A stretch of DNA of 64,000 nucleotides from Octopus sinensis (Eukaryota), in contig NC_043003.1 in assembly GCF_006345805.1 (NCBI RefSeq), positions 67,270,001 to 67,334,000 on the forward strand. The letters are read 5' to 3'. The notes under the pieces are model-generated. The model worked only from the letters and a program-made list of their open reading frames with translations, did no database searches and was not told where the DNA came from. Shown piece by piece: positions 53,987 to 64,000 of this stretch. How positions within the stretch are numbered: the stretch's first letter is position 1; the number at the start of each line of letters is the position of its first letter. The position numbers and the translations under genes were made by a program.

Positions 53987-55147
53987 ATGAAGTCAAGATA
54001 ATTATTTGAAGAAGCAGCGTCTACTTCAGACATATTGGTTGAGATATTTAGTTGCTCTTACTTTGGATATGATTCCTAATCGCAGAAACTCTAGCAATCT
54101 TATCCTAGGATCTGTATAATATCGGTTTCAAATTTTAGCCCGAGTTCATAAAGTTCGGGAGAGGCGTATAATCGATTACGTCGGCCCCAGGGATCAACTG
54201 GTACTTATTTTCAAACACGATAGGATGAAAGGTAAAATCGACCTCAGTGAAATTTGAACTCTGACCGGAAAGTGGGACGGAATGCTGCTAAGCATTTTCC
54301 CCGCCATATAATATTGCACTGCAGTGTGAAAATGATCTAGAGAAAATCTACATTTATGAATCTTTATTGTTTTACATATTTTTCATGGAGATAATGCATT
54401 ATCTTATAGTATGAAACATACTAAGAATGTAGCATCATATCCAGTTTCATTTAATCATGATGGATATTTATTCAAATTTAAAAAGCGAGATAAACAGATT
54501 GTTTTACACTTTTTAAAACTAATTATGCTGAAGCTAACTTCATATCGTAACAGCAATCTATCATCCTCAAAGATATAGGATTTCTCAAAGGAAGCAAAGA
54601 CAAATTTATTTTAGTTAGGCTTCTTCAGAACAGAGTAATTAATTAATTCCCCAACAAGAATATGAATATCTATGTTTCCACAAGGCATTTAATACTTTTT
54701 CAAAGCTACGGACAAATAAAAATGTATTTGAATTCTTTACTGAAAGAAAACAATTAAAAAACAATTTATAACTTATGGGAAATAATAAGAGGTATTTTTA
54801 TAGCATGAATTCTCTTAGTTGTCTTTTGTATGCGATGTTTCATGTAAAGATAATTGAATGGTTTATGTCTGTTTTTTATTTGTTTCTGCTTTTCATTTTT
54901 TAATATTAGTTGATTTTCCATTCCTATTCCAAATTTCTATAGGCTAATCGAACTGTATGTACAAGGAACAAATGTTTCATGGAGAAGCAGTAAGCGGAAA
55001 ATAATTTTGTATTACGATGCTATTGTACAAAGTAATGAAGTCAAGATAATTATTTGAAGAGGCAGTGTCTACTTCAGACATATCGGATGAGGTATTTAGA
55101 TGCTCTTGCTTTGGATATGGTTCTTAAGTACAGAAACTCGAGCCATC
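53987..55147 (+). repeat. Diverged 113-bp direct repeat (53987-54099 and 55035-55147)
   Basis: ATGAAGTCAAGATAATTATTTGAAGA.GCAG.GTCTACTTCAGACATAT...CTTTGGATATG, colinear, about 80-85% identical by eye. Confidence 0.85.
54130..54305 (-). mobile_element. SINE family A, diverged
   Basis: GGATGAAAGGTAAAATCGACCTCAGTGAAATTTGAACTC core. Confidence 0.7.
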
Positions 55148-55861
55148 ATATTCTAAAATCTTACCGTTTAATTTAACAGGAGACCTTAGCATGGTTTATT
55201 TTAACTTTCGTTGGCTTCTAATATGAATGCGAATTTTCTTCTAAGACTTTGAATTATAGTAGAAATAAATGCAAGTTCTGAGAAATGAACAATAAAAGTG
55301 AACTAATACCAGATTCTTAGTTACCGTTTCAAGTATATTTTATGATTTAATCATTGTCAGCCGTTATTTTAATATTTTTCACATACTTATCCTGTATTCT
55401 GTATTCAATCGCACATATTTGCGTGATTAAGTGTACGGCGATTGTGTTACGAAACTACACTTATATTTCACAACAAATTATTTCAACCGTCTCAGATTTG
55501 CTTATTATTGCTTCAATATTCTGAACTTTTGACAGGATTCATAAATTTAAACCAGAAAGAAACCTGAAACCTTTGTTCGTTTTTGTATCTGGTTGTGCGT
55601 TTTATTCCAATAAAGGATATGTACACACACACACGTATATACCTATACACACACACGCACGCACGCACACTCACAAACCTAGTATGTATTATTATTGAGC
55701 GTTATTTGTCAAGTAGGGGTTTAGGCATTATATAGCCACAGTTAGCTTAAGAGATTTGCTCGTAAAGATGAAATCTCAAAACACGCATATGTATTATTAA
55801 TACATACTCAAAGTACATTCATACTTAACTGAATAATGCGAAAGTTTTAACGCCATTTCGA

Positions 55862-55865
55862 TAAC

Positions 55866-55923
<58 letters not shown>

Positions 55924-56109
55924 TAATAATAATAATAATAATAATAATAAAATAATAATACATCCTAGTAGCAAAGATGATAGTTTACTTAAAGAGACGT
56001 TATGAGATCTCTGAAAACAGGTTACTGTCAGCTCTCACAGAATCAACCAAAGCAAGTAAGACCGAGAGCTCAAAGAAGTAAAATAATAATAATGATAATA
56101 ATAATAATG

Positions 56110-56142
<33 letters not shown>

Positions 56143-56159
56143 TAATAATAATAATAATA

Positions 56160-56191
<32 letters not shown>

Positions 56192-56210
56192 GATAATAAT
56201 AATAATAATT
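55862..56210. repeat. Two (AAT)n arrays flanking about 130 bp of unique sequence
   Basis: Read directly from the sequence. Confidence 0.9.
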
Positions 56211-56429
56211 CCAGTCTTTACTTTTTAAGCCTCATATTCATACTTATACTAACGCTACTTTTTACTGATCCACTAAATTACCAGCACATAAACACACCAG
56301 GACCGATTGATAAGGGGTCATAGGGAACAAACACAAACACACAGAGACGCGCGCGCGCACACACACATATACATATATACATATATATAGTCAATTCAAA
56401 GACCAAACAATTAAGAAAAAAAAGAAAAA

Positions 56430-56589
56430 AGAATGTGAGGACAGGCACAAGCATTATATTAATTCGACGTTCGGTGAAGGGAGAGAATTGTTAAAGCTGC
56501 GAACGTAGCTTTTCGTAGGAGAGAAAAGTCCAGAAAGAAAGAAAGAACAATGAGGAAATATCGCCAACAATCCACGTGCGGCTACACTA

Positions 56590-56590
<1 letters not shown>
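56430..56590 (-). mobile_element. Probable decayed HHR-type pseudo-LTR
   Basis: Minus strand CCTACGAAAAGCTACGTTCGCAGCTTTAAC looks like a mutated CTGANGA-AGAGC..GCTC-GAAACGT, in a pyrimidine-rich element flanked by microsatellites. Confidence 0.35.
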
Positions 56591-57330
<740 letters not shown>

Positions 57331-58703
57331 GAATTATATATTAACTGTAATACTGGACCACAACAAATATATTCGCAATAGAATAGGCAGGAGTTATATT
57401 TAGTCTGAGCAATCAAAACATTTGAAGTGAGTATTTTAACTAAGGTGGAAGATCTGTATTGTAGTCAATTGTTAAAATCGATATGATGAAAGCAACCAAA
57501 TTTTACCTCCATTGGAATCCGACCAAGTATGTCTTGATAGAAAACATAAAAAGAACGTAAAGTTTTATAGTGCAATGTGAGAGACTATCCAAAGTTTCCT
57601 GAACGAGCAGTATAACATTAATAAAACAATAGATCAAATATTGACATGGGAAGTAATTCATCATACTTTTTTTTCTATTTTATAGAACAAGCTTCAGGGA
57701 ACAATTTCTTTTGATCGAATAAGTAGATTTTTTTGGAAACTGGCAAATCGACAAGTAAAGTGAATATTTGTAAAATTTTTATATCTATATTTGACTGTAC
57801 AGAACAAAATAATGAACATTTCAAGTCAATGGGTACGGAGAGAACATGTAAAATACAGCAACATTACACATTACTTTTAATTTTTTAGCTAGAGATTCAA
57901 AATCTTATTAAGAAAGAATGCGATTATGAAATATTGATTCTGCCGGCGTCCAACGTCTAGAAAAATAATATATCCGTTATAGATTAAACAATACCTTCAG
58001 GTTTTCTCACTGTAAGATAATCTACTTACTATATTTTGATTAGTTATAACGATAAAAATTTTAGGGTGTTATGTATCAGTGATGTTTATATACTTTTGTA
58101 GATTACCCGATGCTTGAAAAAAGCAGTATATATTTTAATCCTAAATCATCAACATGCTCTTATATCTACCCCATACAGACTCAAGTTGTCCTCGGTGGTG
58201 GTAGTGCTCTGAAAGGTCTTCCTTGTATTTCTCCCATAATGTTACAGGAACACTGAATTCGCATGTTTGTGTGTGTGTACTTTTTATGCATTTCCACATT
58301 TTTCATCCGATTTCGATGAAATGTCTTTTATTAAATGGCAAATTTAATCAGACAGGTCACTGCGGCAATATTGATGCCTAGAGTTAACACCGTCTGGGAG
58401 AAAAATAGGTTAAACTTTTCAGGGCTATAATGAAAACGATAACAAAGTCCTTTTTCGGGGCTACTTTACATTCAATTGTTGCATCTCCTGAGATGCTATT
58501 CTGGCTTCTCCGGCGATTTTCACCCTGTTGTTTCTAATTTATTTATGGTCTATGGGGAAAATCAATTTTTCCTCAATGTGAATGTTTGCAACTTAACGCC
58601 AAAAATATTCAAAGAGATGTACAAAAAAAATGGTAGAACCATTGCCGAGTATTTAATAGGCGAGCAATGCCGGGTACTCCTGCTAGTTTTACATACTATT
58701 ATG

Positions 58704-59085
58704 TGTGGAGCAATGGCCCAGTGGTTAGGGCAGTGAACTCTTGGTCGTAGGATCGCAGTTTCGATTCCCAGATCGGGCGTTGTGACTGTTTATTGCACGA
58801 AAACACCTAAAGACTGACGAGGCTCCGGCAAGGGGTTGTGGAAAACCTTGCTGTACTCTTTCACCACAACTTTCCTTCACTCTTTTTTTCCTCTTTCTAT
58901 TGCACCTGTATTTCTATGGGCCAGCCTTGTCACACTCCGTGTCACGCTCAATCTCCCCGAGAACTACGTTAAGGGTACATGTGGCTGAGGAGTGCTCAGC
59001 CACTTGCACGTTAATTTCCCTAGCAGGCTGTTTCGATGATCGGATCAACTGGAACCCTCGTCGTCGTAACCGTCGGATTGCCACA
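58704..59085 (+). mobile_element. SINE family D, full length
   Basis: Head GGAGCAATGGCCCAGTGGTTAGGG...GTTTCGATTCC and C/D tail. Confidence 0.85.
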
Positions 59086-59159
59086 ACCTTACCCTAATGA
59101 AGGAGATGGAACATTAAGCAATTACATTCAGCATATAGCTATTATGAGATTGAAAGATT

Positions 59160-59540
59160 GGTATTTATTAAATGCAAAGTCCAACTTGACCTTGTTAGAA
59201 TTTCAACTTAGCACCTGAAGCGGGCAGAAATCTTGCTAAGCATTTTGTCCGGTGTGATATAAGTGCAGCCAACTCACTGAATTATAACTACTACTACTAC
59301 TACTACTATATAAAAATGATAATAATCCCTTCTACTATAGGCACAAGGCCTGAGATTTTGCTGAAGGAGTTAAGGGGACGAGTCGATTACATCGACACTT
59401 GGTACTCAACTCGTACTTAAGTTATGAAACCCCACCCCACACGAAAGAATGAAAGGCAAGATCAACCTCAATGGAATTTTAACTCAGAACATAAATACTG
59501 CTAAGCCTTTTGCTCGGCGTGCTAACAATTCCGGGCAAAT
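59160..59540 (-). mobile_element. Two diverged SINE family A units
   Basis: TAGGCACAAGGCCTGAGATTTTG 3' end and GAATGAAAGGCAAGATCAACCTC core. Confidence 0.7.
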
Positions 59541-60015
59541 AATAATAATGCCCTAATGCAGTACCAGACAGTGGCTCTCGTGGCTTCTGATCTTAATTGA
59601 TTGGAAGTGAAATCTTGTACTTTGTTTTGTTTTGGTATAAAAGATGGGCTAGAGCAAATATTCTGCTCAATACAACAGATTTGCTCGTCAGATATTTGAC
59701 CTTAACCACTTGACAACGTCCCTTTGTGGCTGATGATATGTGCATCTCTGATCATGAGCAGAAGTATTGGGGGAGCATCATAGCCGTGTGTTGAAAGGAA
59801 TTCTTGGAGGTTTTAATAATTCAACTTTGGAAACACGGGTGGTTCGTTCAACAGCCTTAAACAATCTTTATTCAGGGACCTTTTGAGCACGACGGGCTAC
59901 TCTACCAGAAGCAAATTCGAACTGGGCCCCACATGCAACACTATGCGCTGTTTATCTTGATATGAGATCACCCCATGTCGCATATGGTTGCCATGCATGT
60001 GCCTGGTGTACCCTT
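59540..60015 (-). mobile_element. Interspersed repeat 3' end with (ATT)n tail (retroelement-like)
   Basis: Minus strand ends ...GGTACTGCATTAGGGC(ATT)n. GC-richer than flanks. No protein motif recognised and single copy here, so the repeat status is from recollection only. Confidence 0.45.
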
Positions 60016-60319
60016 ATTATATATATGATATATATATATGACATGTATATGTATGTATATGTATGTATATGTATTATGTATATATATATATATGTATGTA
60101 TATATGTATGTATATGTGTTATGTATATATATATATGTATATATATATATGTATATGTATGTATATGTATATATATGTATATGTATATATATGTATATAT
60201 ATATGTATATATGTATGTATATGTATATATCTATATATATATACATATATATGCGTGTATATATATACACATATATGTGTGTATATATATGTGTATATAT
60301 ATACATATATATGTGTGTA

Positions 60320-60370
<51 letters not shown>

Positions 60371-60410
60371 TATATTATATATATATATATATATACGTAT
60401 ATATATATGA
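60015..60410. repeat. (AT)n/(ATGT)n low-complexity tract
   Basis: Read directly from the sequence. Confidence 0.95.
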
Positions 60411-62115
60411 GCAATTACATTCAATTTATAGCTATTATGAGATTGAAAGCAACAACGAACCCAATAATACACTTGATTGCGTATGAACAGCAGAAACATT
60501 CATTCGAGTTACGTATGAATGAATTTCATTCTTCCTACGTTAGCGATTACACTATAGTGTTTGTGAGATACCAAATCTTTATAATGTTTTATTTCGCTGC
60601 TTCAGTAATTGGGTTTTCTAATGCTAAATGACTGGTAAATAATCTGAGACGTAAGGAAGAAATTTTTCGATTGTAATAGAATGATTAAAAGAAGAGACAT
60701 TGTCACTGGTTATTACAGACATTATAAAGTTGGCGTAGAAGTACATTTTGAATGGTAAAAATTCTTGGGCGGTGAGAAAAAAAAAAGAAAAACAAGTATA
60801 ATATTCGGTACGGAAGAGGAGTAATGGTTTGCAGAAGCTCAGTGTTTGATTGACACAATGCAGGTAACAAGTAGGATGGATTAAGGATTTCGTGCTTACA
60901 CCCTCATCTCTGAAAGGTTGCGCGGACACATCCATTTGATAGTAACAGAAGCACGTGTCATGTTCACAGAAAATCAGAGCTAAAGTACATTTAAGCTAAC
61001 GACGCCGGTCGTGGATGTTGTTAATGAGCCGCTACATGCCAATCTGTGGTGTGGCATTAGGAACAGTTTTTGATGTGTCTTTGTAGCAACAACCACCCAT
61101 CTATCCCCAATGTGATTCTAATGCTTCATTTTTGGTGTTACCTACCCTTTCTGGAATATCAGTAGTTATTGGAAGCAGAGGTATATTCTCCTTCTGAAGA
61201 GATGAGCTTTCCTGATGATAGAAACATTCTAGGTTAAATATGTATGTTTGGAGTGATCGTCATTGCTTCTATGCCCAGAATGTATGAGGACCATCAGGGC
61301 AATATTTGCGTGTTGTACATATTTGAAATGGGGATTGGTCGATAACATTCTTTCTGGAAGTGCACTGTGATTAAGTGTTATTGCAAGGGGCAAAGTCATA
61401 AAATTGGAATAAAACCAATTCATGAATGTTTCCTAGTGGCTGAGAAAATAAGAAATAAGTTTCAGTTCAGCAGCACTGTCTCAAGAGAAGTAATCGATAT
61501 TTGGTGCTCAAATAACATTGATTTTATTTTCATTATCTTTGCATGTATCGGTAATGGTGATGCATGCTTTTGTAAATGTATTGCTATAGAAGCACATTGT
61601 AAACGAAGGGATCATTTTATGAATTAAACAACTTTTTTCTTTTATCTACGCACCAACTTTTGTAGTTTAAAGTATTATATTAATCCCACAAATGTCTATG
61701 TATGTGAGTGTGTTTCTGGTTTTATATGTGTCTGTTTATGTATAATATTTCTAGATTCTTTAGGAGATTGCAAGTGGTGCTGAGGAATATCAATGATTTT
61801 GATACCAGGTTAAAAGTAGATCGCATATAGTTTGGTATATTGACTATTAGTTAGTGAGTGTTTGATTCAGGGTTACTTTTGTTCAGTTCATTATTCGAAA
61901 ATATTGTGTTGAATGAAAAGTTTTGTAATATTATAGTAATTTGTTTGCTTCGTTGGTCAAGTTACAACAAAAAGCAGCCTATCATTCAAAGTAGAGCCCA
62001 TTGTGTTTCACCGTCTGAAACCATCTTACATCCAATTCTTTGATCCCACGCTTGTGCTAGTTTTTCTCCTACGGGGCAAAGAACTCCACTGGTTCACTTC
62101 CTGTGCTCGTAACGC

Positions 62116-62256
62116 TTTGTCGACCAAGAGAAAGTGGAAGCTTTAGTGAAGGAGTTTTTCGCCGCAGAGGACAAGAAATGGTATCAGAGACGTATCAAGG
62201 AGATGTTAGAAAGGTGGTTTCAGACGATGCAACACGATGACCTCTACTTTGAATGT
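62116..62256 (+). mobile_element. mariner transposase C-terminal fragment
   Basis: FVDQEKVEALVKEFFAAEDKKWYQRRIKEMLERWFQTMQHDDLYFE matches F....EV...V.EFF.SK...Y..GI..L.ERW...I...G.YF. Confidence 0.8.
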
Positions 62257-62922
62257 GAGGGAGCTTTTGTTGTAACTTCACGAATAACACTGATAAGTTA
62301 AGAAAGTATTACTAAACCTTTGGCTCAACATAATATTTGGCAAAATATTTGTAGAGATAATGTGTAATACAGTTACAGCTTTTAGCAGCGATTGAAAAAT
62401 GCACGTTAATGCAGACAGATGAATACAAGTAAAATAAAGGAATAAATGACTGCGTGTATGAAATACAGCCAGGTGTAATAAAATAATTACATTATGAACC
62501 ATCATATCATGTTTTACTGTTCCATATTATATATTTTGTTTCCGATTCTACAATTAAACTTAATATAATTTATCTTGAATGCTCATATCACTGTCACAAA
62601 AATTCAGTAAATTGACATTATACCTACTCTAAATGATAATTCGATAAATATTTTATTGTTTTTTTAACCAATTACTTAAGCAGAAACTAACAGCAAATGC
62701 GCTTTGTTTAACATACACATTGATGTATACATTTCTTGCTCTGCATATATATTTACATCGAAGCCGATTGCCAAATCCACTGACATTATTAAAATCATTA
62801 ACATTTCAAAACAACTTATGACATCGACTGTACAAATCGAAACGCGTGCCTATCGTTATCCTAAAGGCTACAAAACACTGGCATCAAATCTTTAAGAGTA
62901 TATACATAATGTGTGTGTATGC

Positions 62923-62969
<47 letters not shown>

Positions 62970-63289
62970 TATATGTATATGTGTATGTATGTTTCTATGT
63001 GGGTTATAATACTATAAAATATGCAAGTGTACACATGTTAAAGTAGCAGCAGTTAAAGTTTATGAAAGAATTCTATTAGAGACGTTGTGATTACTAACCT
63101 CGTCCCCAAAGTTTTAATCAACCAACACCTGATCTGGTTCCATGACATTTCGTTTAAAATTTGGAATATGTCAACAAATTTGACCTTTAAAGGCATGCAG
63201 AAACACTACCGTCTTCTGCATCACGATTAGACTACGTGTCCATCATCACATTGATTCCGTATTTGTTAATATTTTCTTTACACTAAGGG

Positions 63290-63720
63290 GGCGAGCTGGC
63301 AGAAACGTTAGCACGCCGGGCGAAATGCTTAGTGTTATTTCCTCTACCGCTACATTCTGAGTTCAAATTCCGCCGAGGTCGACTTTGCCTTTCATTATTG
63401 GGGGTCGCTTAATAAGTACCAGTTACGCATTGAGGTCGATATAATCAACTTAACCCGTTTTTCTGTCCTTGTTTGTCCCCTTTGTGTGTAGCTCCTTGTG
63501 GACAGTAAAGAAATGAGAAACGTTAGCACGCCGGGCGAAATGGTTACCTTTATCTCGTCTGTGTTTACCTTCTGAGTTCAAACTCCGCCAAGATCGATTT
63601 ACCTTTCGTCCATTCGGGGTTCGTAAATTAGGTACCAGTTGCGTACTGTGGTCGATCTGATCGACTGACAACCTCACCCAAAATTTCAGGCCTTGTACCT
63701 AGAGTAGAAAAGAATATTTA
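63290..63720 (+). mobile_element. SINE family A full dimer
   Basis: Unit 1 63290-63510; junction AAAGAAATGAG-AAACGTTAGCACGCC; unit 2 ends TTTCAGGCCTTGTACCTAGAGTAGAAAAGAAT. Confidence 0.85.
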
Positions 63721-63944
63721 CTTTACAGTTTCTCTCAGGAATATTAATTGGTTTCTTCCCCACGCATGTATTCCGAAGATGTTGATTTCCCTAAATTCTT
63801 CCGTCATAATTATTTTGTCTTCTTTTTTTTATTTTCATCTGTTGTTTGTTTCACTTACATAGGCGCCTTCTTGGAGAGTTCAAGCATAAGGAATCGACCC
63901 CAGCACTTCTTTTAAAGACTATTACTCATATTACTTATTCTCTC

Positions 63945-64000
63945 TGGTTGTGAGGCAAGAAGCTTGCTTCACAACCACATGATTCTGGGTTTAGTCCTAC
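63945..64000 (+). mobile_element. SINE family B head, cut by the window end
   Basis: GGTTGTGAGGCAAGAAGCTTGCTTCACAACCACATGATTCTGGGTTTAGTCC. Confidence 0.6.

Noticed and set aside
60600-61630. Possible pogo DDE relic (QPFRDEGV ~ QPMDQGV) on the minus strand
   Set aside because: Single weak motif amid many stops; cannot be supported without a profile search.

Overview
AT-rich, microsatellite-laden eukaryotic DNA; the repeat families look like octopus/coleoid cephalopod (recognised from memory, not searched). The only host gene I can support is an SLC6 (Na+/neurotransmitter symporter) amino-acid-type transporter on the minus strand: two clean, phase-compatible exons at 7156-6982 (TM1) and 3661-3530 (TM2). 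Its start exon and its TM3-onward exons were not found. The rest is transposon-derived: several tRNA-headed SINE families, Penelope-like elements (PLEs) with GIY-YIG endonuclease remnants, RTE and CR1/L2-type LINE relics, Tc1/mariner, Harbinger and Helitron remnants, MITEs and simple repeats. The most striking signal is a set of hammerhead ribozyme (HHR) motifs from at least five unrelated repeat families. These include (i) a tRNA-headed SINE whose 3' module contains an HHR, (ii) a family whose two copies both carry a non-canonical CUGUYGA core, (iii) a PLE with an inverted pseudo-LTR and two HHRs, and (iv) an ~880 bp palindrome whose centre breaks inside an HHR core. A Tc1 transposase relic with an apparent spliceosomal intron and a recurrent dimeric SINE are also notable. 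Repeat boundaries are estimated by eye (about +/-10-20 bp unless stated exactly).
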